From: Marsupella aquatica
Lineage: Eukaryota; Plantae; Marchantiophyta
NCBI GenBank assembly: GCA_973895155.1
Contig: OZ316895.1
Location: forward strand, 62,001 to 126,000
Direction of reading: 5' to 3'
Length of the DNA stretch: 64,000 bases
Below are positions 1 through 12,521 of this stretch, one piece after another (the stretch's first letter is position 1; every line of letters begins with the position of its first letter). The notes below the pieces were generated by a model. That model did not search any database. It saw nothing but the letters and a program-made list of their open reading frames with translations, and had not been told where the DNA came from. The position numbers were made by a program, and so were the translations under genes.

Positions 1-1956
1 CGGTACGAAGAGTTCCGGGTGGTCCAGGTTGTGCCTGTCCGGAGTTGGGCACAGGCAGACGTCAACACGCGCGGGGGCCAGGGCAGTGACGTCCAGCCCT
101 GGGGACGTAACGTTGGAAGGGGCTGGAGTGTCCTCCTGCAGCAATGTCCGGTTCTCCGGAATAGCCACCGGTGGGTCTTTGGGAGACCTGGGCTCGGGTA
201 AGACCTCCGCCGTACCGACTTCTGTACTTAGCCCGGCTTGTTGGGTCGCATCAACGGTTGCGACAACCGACCCATCCGGTACCTCTTCGGTTACGACTAC
301 AGCTACTTGTGGAGGTGGGGTGGGTGAAGCTGGCGTGTCCGCTGGACTTCGGGCCTCGGGTTGGGGCCGTCTCTCCAAGGCCGGAAAAACCCACCTAGCT
401 GGGACCAGCTTTGTAACGTTGACACGGGGAAGGGTTCGTCGATCAAACCGGGCGTACCACTCAAGAATGATCTTGATGTGGCTAGCGAAGTACGCATTCC
501 CGCCAATGTACAGCGTCTTCCTTCGCCGCTCCATCTCTTCATGGAATTTCTTAGCGAAGTACGACGCCCACCTCCTAGGTCGATAGTTCTCGACCTGGAT
601 AACCTGGGCGGCGGAGATCTCCCCCCGGGGTTCCATCATGTGGAGGGCGTACCTCTGGAACTCCAGCCGCTCAGCTATATCGGGGATGAGGCAGGTCTTC
701 ATCACGAACCCGTTGTCCACTGCTCCCTCTGAGGGAAAACTTGAAGATTGGTACTTGGCTCCCTTGCCCCCGAGAGCCCGTGATTCGACTCGATGGTCAC
801 CTTCGGGTAACCCGAAGATCATCCTGAGCCGTTCTTCCGTGAGGGACATACTCCTTCCCCGCAGCCGAGTATGTTGACGCGCGTCGTCATAATTCCTGAC
901 GAACTCCGTCATGTCCTCCCCGTAGTACCTGCAAGTGTTCCAGGGGAGGGAGGCGAGGTGCTCGAATCCCTGAGTCTTCAGGTACACCGCATGCTTGGGA
1001 TGGAGGATGTTTTTGTGAACGTTTTCCCCCATGCGGTGCATCCTCACCTTGGCCACGGCTACCGTGGCCAACGGTAACCCGGATGCAGTGGCGGATTCCT
1101 TCCTCTTCTTCCCCCGTGACTGGCTCGGGGAAGGTGACACCTCCCCATCCTCCCGATCGGGCCTGGGTAGTGCCACTACCGTTAGTAACGGGCCCGGGTC
1201 GGCCACGGTCACCATGTTGTCTGCCGGGGCCGCTCCTGGGGTCAGAGCAGGGGGTGGGGACGATATAGTGTCGGCCCCCTGAGCGCTTGTTCCTCTGGGC
1301 CGCCTGGTCAAGGGTAGGGTAGCCTCGTCGTCATCGCTAAGATCCACAACGTTGATGACGGAGTGTACTTGTGCTGGCTGGGCGATCGGTGGTGGGGTTT
1401 GGCTAGGCTGCGGCTGAGGCTGAAGCTGAAGCTGAGCCTGAGGTTGTATGGGTACGGGTACGGGTACGGGTACGACTGAGTTGGTCATGTTGGTTGCTGG
1501 CCGAGTTTCTATGAAGCTCTGTAGGTGCTGGTAGAAGTTCTCCGAAGCGAGTGCAGACGACCTTGTCGAACGGGTAGTGCTGGACTCGCTGTTGATGATA
1601 GCCCAAACCTGAGCAGGGATGTGGTCGAAGTGATGTCGTTGCAAGTCGATCGTACCCGGGATATTGAAGACCTCGTCCGGAAGCCGAAGCAATGCTTCCC
1701 AGAACCCGATATATTTGTCTCCGTTGAAGAAGTACCCGGATACCTCTGCTGGTCGATAAAGCTCGCTCTGAGACGGGTAGTCAAAGTCAAGGATGTAGTG
1801 GTGTTGTCCTGCTAGGCGGATGGCTCTCTCGTACTCGCGTTCGATTTCGTATCAGCGCGGGTTGGCGTGTTTCAATGAGTCGGCCAAGTGCCTTCCGGTA
1901 GATAGGAACTGCGTCCAGAATCGAATGGCCGAGCTGAAGAGGATCGTGTGCGACAT
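1..1956 (-). pseudogene. LTR-encoded ORF, copy 1 (N-terminal part, premature stop near 1853)
   Basis: Colinear with the intact 871 aa ORF at 54574..57189. ATG at 1956; CGA>TGA near 1853. Confidence 0.85.
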
Positions 1957-2423
1957 TCAAAGGAGATAGTAGTGGCGACTTAGAGCGAACGAGAGAGCTA
2001 GGGTCGAAGCTGGCGCGTGGACTGATGGACTGGTGCACTACAAAGGGTTGGCTCCCCTTTTATACCTTGAGGGCTTGTCGATCCCCCGACGTCTCCTCGA
2101 CGCCCATAGGCTTAACCGCTCACGCTTGTGGTGTGCCGGCCACTCCGCCGGTCTGAGTCAGCGCGTGTCAGTGGCCGCTTCCTTAAGTTCGTTATACGGA
2201 CCCGAGGGAGGGGCCCCTCCACGCTCGTAACCCGGGTGTGCGAATAGCGACCAGCCGCCAGTCCGAACCTGAATTCCCCCTTATTGCCTAATGATATCCT
2301 ACCCATAATGATTACCTAAATACTATCGTTATGCTAATAATAGCGGCCTAAGACACTCCTAACGCGCGTGCCGAGCGCAGTTAGACCGAATCACTCATTA
2401 ACCGTCGTACCGGCGGCGTCACA
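1..2423 (-). repeat. 3' LTR of family A element (partial)
   Basis: Near-identical to 10099..12521 (about 9 differences in the first 600 nt by eye, mostly transitions). Starts TGTGACGCC on minus at 2423. Confidence 0.95.
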
Positions 2424-5400
2424 TAGCTCCCTGCTTAATTGTGAAGCGTCCTCGCAAACATCACTCTCGGCGTCGTTATCTTGATGGTGGTACTTTTTTA
2501 CACGATCGTAGCTGATTCGCGTGGGGAGTAAATCGCCGGCATACGTCGCAAGCTCCAAAGATCCGTTACGGTAGATCTGATTGACAAGGAAGGGCCCTAA
2601 CCACCGGGTACGAAGCTTCCCTGGAAACTGCATGTACCTACTATCGTACAGAAGGACTAGATCGCCTGCCACGACGTTGACCCTCCGTAGTCCTTTGTCG
2701 TGCTGCTTCTTTGAAGTTGCCTGTTTCTTCACGGCGTGTCGAGCTGCTAGTAGCCGTGCTTCTTCCAAGGCTTCAATCTGATAAGCTCGGTCTGACGAAC
2801 TTTCAGATTCAGGTAAGCGATCCCGAATGCTGACTTGTGGAGTGTGTACTTCAAACTCGACGGGCACCAACGAATGTTGGCCGAACATGAGAAAGTACGG
2901 GCTGTGACTCGTAGTAGTTTTGTAAGCGAGATTATACGAGTACACCGCTGCGTACAACTTATCATCCCAATCCGTTTTGTGCGCAGCTACAGTTTTGTTG
3001 AGGATCTTCCCAATGATACCATTTGCTCTCTCCGCCATCCCGTTGGCTTTAGGATGATACGGGGTAGTCTTGCGATGCTTGACTAGGTAACGCTCCGTAA
3101 GCTGGGCTACGGTGTCATTGAGGAAGTGGGTTCCACGGTCGCTTACCAATTCTAAGGGCGGGCCGAATCGGGTGAAAATCTGTTCGTATAAGAATCTGGC
3201 ACTGGTTGCGGCATCGTCCTTTACCGTAGCCCGCGCTTCGACCCACTTGGTGGAGTAATCAATAGCTAATAGGATGTACCTGCATCTTTGCCTTCGGGTA
3301 ACGGGAGTAAACGGCCCGATATAATCAATTCCCCATTTTTCGAATGGTGCCGATGGAAGCACAGATGTGAGCGGGTGATGATGAGCCCGCCTCGAGGCCC
3401 CAGCTCGCTGACACAAGTCACAGCCCTTAATGAAGCGCTGTACATCCCGATGCAACGTAGGCCACCAATACCCTGAGTCCAAAATCTTTCGGGCTGTCGT
3501 GACCGCCGTGAAATGGCCTCCAGCTTCTTCTTCATGCAGGGCCCGCATCACGATAAGCGTCTCCTTATACTCTAAGCAGCGTCGTAACTTTCCATTAATA
3601 CCTTCCTTATGTAGGTGACCCTGTATCATGACGTAAGGCCCGGCTTTCCGTAAAAACACAGCGGCGGCCTCCTGATTGATGCCGTCAGAGATGCAGCCTG
3701 TTAAAAGGAAGGTGATTATCGAGCCGTACCACGTTGGTGTCCCCTCCCCTACGTGGAACAACTCCTCATCCGGAAAAATATCATCAATTGGCTGATCGAC
3801 TGGTACACCGTCCAGCCGTGAAAAGAAATCGGCATTGAGGTGTGCCTTTCCTGGCCGAACCCGAACTTCATAGTTAAATTCCTGGAGAAGTAGCACCAAC
3901 GGGCTATCCGTCCCGTTACGTCTGCTTTGTTGACCATGTACTTCAGGCTGTCGTGATCCGTGTGGAAGATGACCTTGTAGCCAAGCAAATAGTGCCGGAA
4001 CTTCTTACATGAGTAGATTATGCCCAGTGCCTCTCGATCCGTGGGGGAATAATTTTTTCGGCTGTGAATAATTGACGGCTAGCGAAGTAGATAGGGTGAT
4101 CGCGTCCGTCTGTATCAAGCTGACTAAGCACAGACCCGATACAGAACCCTGACACGTCGACATACACGTGGAACTCCTTGTTCCAGTCTGGAGTGACCAT
4201 GATAGGTGCGGTGGTGAGTCTTTTACGGAGTTCTTCGAAAGCAACCCGTCTCCTTGGGGTCTCCTCGATCACCGCATCCTTTTTCATCATCTCTGTTAGG
4301 GGCAAAGCTATTTTAGCAAAATCTTTAATGAACCGACGGTAATACCCTACGCAGCCCAAGAAGGATCGTACTTCTTTTTGATCCACGGGGAACACCACTG
4401 CCATCCAGGCCGCAACTTTCTCTTGGTCCACCTCAATGCCCCGTTTGGACACACGATGCCCGAGTAACACCCCCTCCTCTACCCCGAAGAAGCATTTGGC
4501 GGGATGTAGTTTGAGGTTAACATCTCGGCATCGTTGCAATGTTTGTCTTAGGTGTTCGGGGTGCATGGCAACGGTTCCGAAGATGGCAAAGTCATCGATA
4601 AATATCTCTAGAAATTCCCGTAGGAAATCGTGGAAGATATTCATCATCAGGCGCTGAAACATGGCCGGGGCGTTACACAGACCGAAAGGCATCCTCCGAA
4701 ATGCGAAAGTCCCCCACTCCGTAGTGAAAGTTGTTTTGAGCTGATCCGCGAGGCGAATCCAGATTTGGTTATAACCTGAATACCCGTCAAGAAATGTATA
4801 GATTTCATTTCGGGCTACCATATCTAGAACCATATCCGTGAATGGTAATGGGTAATGGTCTTTTCGGGTTGCGTCGTTCAGCTTACGGTAGTCCTGACAA
4901 ATACGAATCTTAGGTTTCCCATCCGTACCTCCCTTCTTTGGTACAATGACAATGGGAGAGACCCAGTCGCTGGCCATTACCGGGTAGATGATATCGGCGG
5001 CGAGGAGACGATCAATTTCCTCCTTCACTAAGATGGAGTACCTCGGGTTCATGCGACGTTGTCGCTGCCGTACCGCATGGGCTCCTAGGTTCAGATCGAT
5101 CGTGTGTTCTCCCAACTCGGGGGAGACGCCTGTTAAATCATGATGACTCCATGCAAACACATCTTCATATTCCTTGAGCAAAGCTTGGATGGATTTTTCA
5201 GCCTCCCCTGTCAGAGCGTGGCCCAGGTTAAAAGATTTGTCCATCCCAATGGTGTACTTCCGGTAGTGCTCCTTCCTGATGACTTCAACCTGGTTTCGCA
5301 GGCTCGGGTCCAAGCTCGCATCAAGCTCAGCTAGCCAAACTCCTCCGTACATGGGTGGAACCGGGATTGGTCTCGGGATTGGAGTTACTTCCTCCAATTG

Positions 5401-6231
5401 CGGAATGGACGGATCCCATGAGACTCGTTTTTTATGTCTCGGTCTTGAGTTTTCGGCCTCGGGCGGTTGTTGGGCTGGTTCGTGGTCACAAGGCTCTGCG
5501 ATGGTAGAAGCAGCCTCGGCTCCCTGCTTAGCTGGAGCCGTGTCCTCCGTCTCGACGAGTTGTTCGTGCGGTTCCTCATCCCCGGCAGTAGATGTGCTTG
5601 GGGTGGACTCAATGGCAGCCCTCGGGTAATTTAGGAGATGTGTTTCGCGGGTTGCTTCAACTCCGAAGACATCTTCCTCGGACAGGGACGAGATGAGTTC
5701 AATCATATTGAGTTCCTCTTCCTCCGAGGTCTCCGAATCATATTCCTCGGGTCCTTGTGGGGTTTCTCCTTGATAATCGTCCATTGCCCATGATACCCGT
5801 ACGGTGGGTTCCCCGAACCGTAGCTCCTTCTTTCCCCAATCCGTGACTACGCGGCCACCGTACAGCCATGGCCTGCCCAAAAGAACCGGGTAAGAGGAGG
5901 GACGAACCGGCCTCATAACTAGGAAGTTGAGATAGAACTCCACCCCTCCCACCAGAGTGAGCACTCGTGTGAGCGTGCCTAATGGGAGGACCCTTGCCCC
6001 GTTTGCTAATCTGATAGCTCGGGCTGTGGGTTGATATGTGAGGTATCCTAACTTGACTGACGTTTCTTCAGTCATGATGTTGACTCCCGCTCCTCCGTCT
6101 ACAAGAACCATCTTGATGGTACAATTATTAATTTCGATCGAGATGTCCGGCGCTCCAAGGTCCTCGCATATCATGTTGCAGTCCGCGATCCCAACTCGGG
6201 GTAGTCTCCTCCTTCGGCGACCCATGAGCAA
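2391..6231 (-). pseudogene. pol: pol: aspartic protease, reverse transcriptase, RNase H, integrase (frameshifts near 4030 and 3900)
   Basis: VLVDGGAGVN (PR); FLDGYSGYNQI and IFIDDF (RT); YVDVSGFCIG and HTDHDSLK (RH); GGHF..CDLCQR, WGIDYIGP, SDRGTHF, NGMAER and WLGPF (INT). Confidence 0.95.
2424..2438 (-). promoter_or_regulatory. Polypurine-tract-like plus-strand primer site, inside the integrase coding sequence
   Basis: Minus strand TTAAGCAGGGAGCTA directly abuts the TG start of the 3' LTR. Confidence 0.55.
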
Positions 6232-6252
6232 CTCCCTTAGTTGCCGTCTGTA

Positions 6253-8388
6253 CTATGGGTTGTTCTGCAGTAGTTGCCCCACCGTCGCTGTAACCGGGCA
6301 ACTCTTCACGTCTTCCTTAATATCGTAGTTCTCCTTTTTATCCTCTTTCGGCTGCAGCTTGGCTTCCTCTTGCTTTTCTTGCTCCTCTTGCTCCTGGCGC
6401 CGGGCGGTCTCGGCTGCTTTGATGTCCTTATCGATTGCCTTCTGGTATTCCCGAGCTTCGTAGGCCTCCAGCTGTTTCTTTACCAATTCTTCGATGCGGG
6501 GGAAAAATAGCTTCGGGTCGTCCCGTCGGTAGTCATCGTCCTTCTCCGGGGGTATATCTATCGCTGGCTGCACCGGAGTAGTATCTTGCTTTTTCCTTCG
6601 TTTCTCCTCCGTCTTCTCTTCCTTCCGTTCGGCCCTTGTCGACACTCGGTAGCACTCGGCCTCATCCAATGGATCAGGGTGCTCTGCTACGTCCACCAAA
6701 TTCACCCACTCGGTGTTGTCATCTTGCCATTCTACAGCAATCATTTGGACGACTGCATCGCTCGTGGCCGGTCCAGCCTGGGTCGGTCTAGCTGCGCTCG
6801 TTCGAGCAGCAATTACCAACGGACAGTTGGCCGTGGAATGAGCCTCCGTTTTGCAGACTTGACATAGAGGGGTGCCTCAGCCATCTCCTTGACGTCTTGG
6901 TTCGGTGCATTCCCTTGCAAAGTGTCCTGGCTTTTCACAGTTATAACACACCGAGGATCGCCAAATCCCTGGCTTAGGAGGGATGCTCGGGTAACTGATA
7001 ACCTGGAAACTCCGGCCATTGTTTGGGTAGGGGTACGCAATTCTACCCGCTAAATTACACGGACCTACTGTTGAAATCTGGTACACGGAATCAGGAGGGT
7101 CCTCAAAGAAATACTCCGTGGACTCCGATTCGGGACCCGGGTTGTCAACATCATCCAGCTCTACTTGGTGAACTCGATTCTTCCACCTTGGGCATTCCTG
7201 CACCACATGGCCGGATTGGAAGCACTTTGAACACCACGCACGGGCTCGAATCTCAGATGGCTTCTTCTTCTCCACCGGCTTTTCCGCAAGATGTACTGAC
7301 AGTGCTTTGAGTCGATCCGTGATTTCGTTCAGCTTGTCAGCTTCGGCAGCCTTTGGATCTGGTATCGTTCTTCACGCCCGGGGTTTGATCTTCCCCTCCT
7401 TCTTCACTCGTCTCTTCTTCTTTTTGCTCCGGCTTTCGCTCTCCGAGTCACTTCCTGATGAACTGGAGGTAGAGGATCCGGTGCTTGAAGCTGAATCCAA
7501 ACTGGATTCCGTCTCCGAGTTGGACGAGGTCGAACGATGTTTCTTCTTCTTCTTGCGTTTCTTCTTCCTCTCGTCGTCCGATTCGGAGTCACTGTCACTG
7601 AAGGTCTCGTACTTACCCTTCTTACGGCATGCTCGTTGGCTCCGCCGGGAGTTATAGGTGGACTCCCGGTAAGTTTCAGCGCACGCTATGGCCGCCTGCA
7701 TTGAAATCGGATTATTTTGGCGTACCCAGAATTGCATATTCATGGGCAAACCATGAAGGAACCATGTAAGCTGGAGCGCGTCTCCCGGCCTGGGCCGGAT
7801 CTTGGCCGCAAGTTTTTGAAACTTCTGAATGAACTTCCGTAGGGACTCCTTCTTTCCCATGCGAAGCTGGCCAATCTTTAATAGAGAACGCTGTTCCGAT
7901 CCAATGGCACGAAACTCCTGCAGCAATGCAGCTTGGAATTGTGCCCATGTAGTCCCGGGTGGCAACGAGTTGTACCATGGACGAGCTTCTCCCCGCATCA
8001 CTCTCGGGAGGACGGTTAGCTTAATGGCGTCTTCCCCATTAGCTTTAGCAGTGGCTTCAAACTCATCCAACCATTCATCCGGATCATCCCCATGACGCCC
8101 CTTGAAAGGTCGATAATTAAATCGCGATCGTTGCGATATTTGTGGAGGAGCTTGAGCAGCGCGAGCCATCGGTGGAGCGGCTCCCATAGGTGGTGGTGGT
8201 GGTGGTGGTGGCCGTGGAACCACAGGAGGACCGGTCGAACCGGACCCCGAAGGTCCCGGGGGTATGTTCATACGTCGGGGCGAGTGCGAGTCTTCCAAGT
8301 CCGAAGAATCGGAACTTGTCGTGGTTGCACTTTCTCGTTCGCTGGTCAATCTCCTCAAGTAAGCTGCTTGAGAACGAGTGACGGGCAT
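6253..8388 (-). pseudogene. gag: gag with three CCHC zinc knuckles (frameshifted into three ORFs)
   Basis: FKGRHGDDPDEWL...GEARPWY capsid-like motif; knuckles CSKCFQSGHVVQEC, CYNCEKPGHFAREC and CQVCKTEAHSTANC. Confidence 0.9.
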
Positions 8389-8482
8389 TTACTCATATAA
8401 ATGCGATGGTTAGTACTACGTCCTGATGTATCCTGCCTAGGTGAATACGCACCTGTCTCCCCTCTACGATATGTAGAGTGCC

Positions 8483-8499
8483 CCCTCCATCTAGCGCCA
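8483..8499 (-). promoter_or_regulatory. Primer binding site, probably tRNA-Asn
   Basis: Minus TGGCGCTAGATGGAGGG is complementary, with one mismatch, to the recalled plant tRNA-Asn 3' end (CCCTCCTTCTAGCG-CCA). It lies 12 nt from the LTR end. Confidence 0.7.
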
Positions 8500-8511
8500 A
8501 AACAAAGGCTA

Positions 8512-11500
8512 TGTCACGTCATCGGCTGCGGCCTTAACTCAGACTTCAGCTTAGACGGGCACATCCCTCGTAAATCTGAGGGTTTGGGCAGGAAGGGAAG
8601 CACGTAATGCACCTTATTCTCGTAAACTAGCACTAAGTGCGCATACTGCTAAATACGGACACCTCCTAGGTATGGTTTGTGTTCCGCCGCCGGAACGTAC
8701 CTTAGTCGATAGCAGGATTGACCCCTGCTTAAGGGCTTCTAAGCCTTCGTGCTGTCCGCCTTCGATCCGGATTCGATGATACAGGTCCTCAACCCGTGCT
8801 CGCAACCACTTACCCACAGGCTGCACCTTGTGCACGTCTCGGGTAGTGCGTTTGGCCTGGCGCTGCCACCCATATACGAGAAACCCACACACATACACGC
8901 GCACATGCATACAATCTCGATTTACACGAAGGAAAATGATGGGAAAGGATTTTACTACAAAGGGAACATATGCGTACACTTAGTTGACCCGACAGCCCCA
9001 GAATGAATAGGTTCAAGGCCGAGGGTGCACACTACAACGGAGCCCGGCTCCGCACTCGCCTGGCGAGCTTAGTCCTACCCCCTCCCCTTGGTACTCTTTC
9101 ATTCCCAGAGGTCGGGACTCCCCGCACATCCCGTGGACGCCCAACTCTGCAACTAAAAACCCCCCCCCTCGTCTCTACCGAGGGGTGCACTAAATACTAA
9201 GGGACGAGGGACGGGGTGTCCTCTCGCCAAAGATTCACTGACTAAGGTCCTAACTAAGCTGACAGTCAGGCCGGAAAACGGCTGTGTCTTATTAGAAGAT
9301 CCTAATCTACGCAGGCTGGACAGCATGGCAGCGCTGCTGTACCTAAGGCAGGTGCCTGTCCCAAGAGTCTGACTAAGCCAGTCCTAATCCTAATCTATTC
9401 CTACTCCGCTGCTAATGCCTGGCACGCTTGCCAGAGCCGCCCGAATGGGAGCGGCCATCCCGCTGCCTTCGAAGCCTGTCATTGTCCGCCTTGAGGAGAT
9501 GGACCTGGTCCAGCAGAGATTCGTTCTCTCGCCTCGCCGCGTCCGTCTCCTCTGCTGCCTCCTGACAAGCCTCCTCTAGCTGCTGGGCGTCACTTGTCAG
9601 TTTACCCGCCAGCTGGTCCTACTTCTCGGCCTCGGTTTGGAGCCACGCCACCTCGGCCTGCAGCGTGGCTATCTCGGCCATGTCCCGTTGGGCCCGTTCC
9701 TCGGCCTCCTCCAGGTCTTTCTGCCAGGTGACAGTTTGATTCTTCAAACTGTCAATCTGGTTCCGGAGTCGTGTAATCTCGGCCTCGTTCCCAGCTTTGG
9801 CCTGTTCGGCTAGGGCGGTAAGAGCGTGCGCCTTTGCTAACAACTCATCGGCGGCTGCCACCTTGGGTCGTAGTTGCAGAAGCTCAGCCTCTTGAGCCGC
9901 AACTTTGTTCTTTAGGTACACAGACTCCACCCGGTACCGCTCTATCCTCTGAAGGGCCTCTGACTGGGCCCGACCTGCCTTTACTGCGGCAACCAACTCC
10001 TGATTGAAGAAACAGGCTACCTTCCGGGCCATGAACTCCCCGGTATCCCGGGCAATTTGATGAGAGAAATCTCCCAGAAGCCCGTTCAGAAATGTACCCG
10101 GTACGAAGAGTTCCGGGTGGTCCAAGTTGTGCCTGTCCGGAGTTGGGCACGGGCAGACGTCAACACGCGCGGGGGCCGGGGCAGTGACGTCCAGCCCTGG
10201 GGACGTAACGTTGGAAGGGGCTGGAGTGTCCTCCTGCAGCAATGTCTGGTTCTCCGGAATAGCCACCGGTGGGTCTTTGGGAGACCCGAGCTCGGGTAAG
10301 ACCTCCGCCGTACCGACTTCTGTACTTAGCCCGGCTTGTTGGGTCGCATCAACGGTTGCGACAACCGACCCATCCGGTACCTCTTCGGTTACGACTACAG
10401 CTACTTGTGGAGGTGGGGTGGGTGAAGCTGGCGTGTCCGCTGGACTTCGGGCCTCGGGTTGGGGCCGTCTCTCCAAGGCCGGAAAAACCCACCTAGCTGG
10501 GACCAGCTTTGTAACGTTGACACGGGGAAGGGTTCGTCGATCAAACCGGGCGTACCACTCAAGAATGATCTCGATGTGGCTAGCGAAGTATGCCTTCCCG
10601 CCAATGTACAGCGTCTTCCTTCGCCGCTCCATCTCTTCATGGAATTTCTTAGCGAAGTACGACGCCCACCTCCTAGGTCGATAGTTCTCGACCTGGATAA
10701 CCTGGGCGGCGGAGATCTCCCCCCGGGGTTCCATCATGTGGAGGGCGTACCGCTGGAACTCCAGTCGCTCAGCTATATCAGGGATGAGGCAGGTCTTCAT
10801 CACGAACCCGTTGTCCACTGCTCCCTCTGAGGGAAAACTTGAAGATTGGTACTTGGCTCCCTTGCCCCCGGGAGCCCGTGATTTGACTCGATGGTCACCT
10901 TCGGGTAACCCGAAGATCATCCTGAGCCGTTCTTTCGTGAGGGACATACTCCTTCCTGGCAGCCGAGTATGTTGACGCGCGTCGTCATAATTCCTGACGA
11001 ACTCCGTCATGTCCTCCCCGTAGTACCTGCAAGTGTTTCAGGGGAGGGAGGCGAGGTGCTCGAATCCCTGAGTCTTCAGGTACACCGCATGCTTGGGATG
11101 GAGGATGTTTTTGTGAACGTTTTCCCCCATGCGGTGCATCCTCACCTTGGCCACGGCTACCGTGGCCAACGGTAACCCGGATGCAGTGGCGGATTCCTTC
11201 CTCTTCTTCCCCCGTGACTGGCTCGGGGAAGGTGACACCTCCCCATCCTCCCGATCGGGCCTGGGTAGTGCCACTGCCATTAGTAACGGGCCCGGGTCGG
11301 CCACGGTCACCATGTTGTCTGCCAGGGCCGCTCCTGGGGTCAGAGCAAGGGGTGGGGACGATATAGTGTCGGCCCCCTGAGCGCTTGTTCCTCTGGGCCG
11401 CCTGGTCAAGGGTAGGGTAGCCTCGTCGTCATCGCTAAGATCCACAGCGTTGATGATGGAGCGTACTTGTGTTGGCTGGGCGATCGGTGGTGGGGTTTGG

Positions 11501-12521
11501 CTAGGCTGCGGCTGAGGCTGAAGCTGAAGTTGAGCCTGAGGTTGTATGGGTCCGGGTACAGGTACGGGTACGACTGAGTTGGTCATGTTGGTTGCTGGCC
11601 GAGTTCCTATGAAGCTCTGTAGGTGCTGGTAGAAGTTCTCCGAAGCGAGTGCAGACGACCTTGTCGAACGGGTAGTGCTGGACTCGCTGTTGATGATAGC
11701 CCGAACCTGAGCAGGGATGTGGTCGAAGTGATGTCGTTGCAAGTCGATCGTACCCGGGATATTGAAGACCTCGTCCGGAAGCCGAAGCAATGCTTCCCAG
11801 AACCCGATATATTTGTCTCCGTTGAAGAAGTACTCGGATACCTCTGCTGGTCGATAAAGCTCGCTCTGAGACGGGTAGTCAAAGTTAAGGATGTAGTGGT
11901 GTCGTCTTGCTAGGCGGATGGCTCTCTCGTACTCGCGTTCGATTTTGTATCGGTGCGGGTTGGCGTGTTTCAATGAGTCGGCCAAGTGCCTTCCGGTAGA
12001 TAGGAACTGCGTCCAGAATCGAATGGCCGAGCTGAAGAGGATCGTGTGCGACATTCAGAGGAGATAATAGTGGCGACTTAGAGCGAACGAGAGAGCTAGG
12101 GTCGAAGCTGGCGCGTGGACTGATGGACTGGTGCACTACAAAGGGTTGGCTCCCCTTTTATACCTTGAGGGCTTGTCGATCCCCCGACGTCTCCTCAACG
12201 CCCATAGGCTGAACCGCTCACGCTTGTGGTGTGCCGGCCACTCCGCCGGTCTGAGTCAGCGCGTGTCAGTGGCCGCTTCCTTAAGTTCGTTATACGGACC
12301 CGAGGGAGGGGCCCCTCCACGCTCGTAACCCGGATGTGCAAATAGCGACCAGCCGCCAGTCCGAACCTGAATTCCCCCTTATTGCCTAATGATATCCTAC
12401 CCATAATGATTACCTAAATACTGTCGTTATGCTAATAATAGTGGCCTAAGACACTCCTAACGCGCGTGCCGAGCGTAGTTAGACCGAATCACTCATTAAC
12501 CGCCGTACCGGCGGCGTCACA
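8512..12521 (-). repeat. 5' LTR of family A (4010 bp)
   Basis: TG..CA termini; same boundaries as the copies at 16695..20673 and 53677..57656; followed by the PBS. Confidence 0.95.
9412..12054 (-). pseudogene. LTR-encoded ORF, copy 2 (881 codons; in-frame stops near 11038, 9619 and 9578)
   Basis: Track ORFs 11038..12054 and 9619..11010 are one frame and match the intact copy. Stops are TGG>TGA and CAG>TAG. Confidence 0.9.

Larger units (their letters stand above)
1..12521 (-). mobile_element. Ty3/Gypsy LTR retrotransposon (family A; Athila-like non-chromovirus) with ~4 kb coding LTRs; left end runs out of the window
   Basis: Direct repeats 1..2423 and 10099..12521 (offset 10098). LTR termini TGTGAC...TGACA on minus. 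Internal order is PBS, gag, PR, RT, RH, INT, PPT. No chromodomain or second RNase H seen. Confidence 0.95.

Noticed and set aside
19-2306. Many 60-185 aa ORFs recurring in every LTR copy
   Set aside because: They are antisense or alternate-frame shadows of the GC-rich LTR ORF, repeated only because the DNA is repeated.
8483-8499. tRNA gene
   Set aside because: Only 17 nt of 3'-end complementarity, so it is a PBS, not a cloverleaf.
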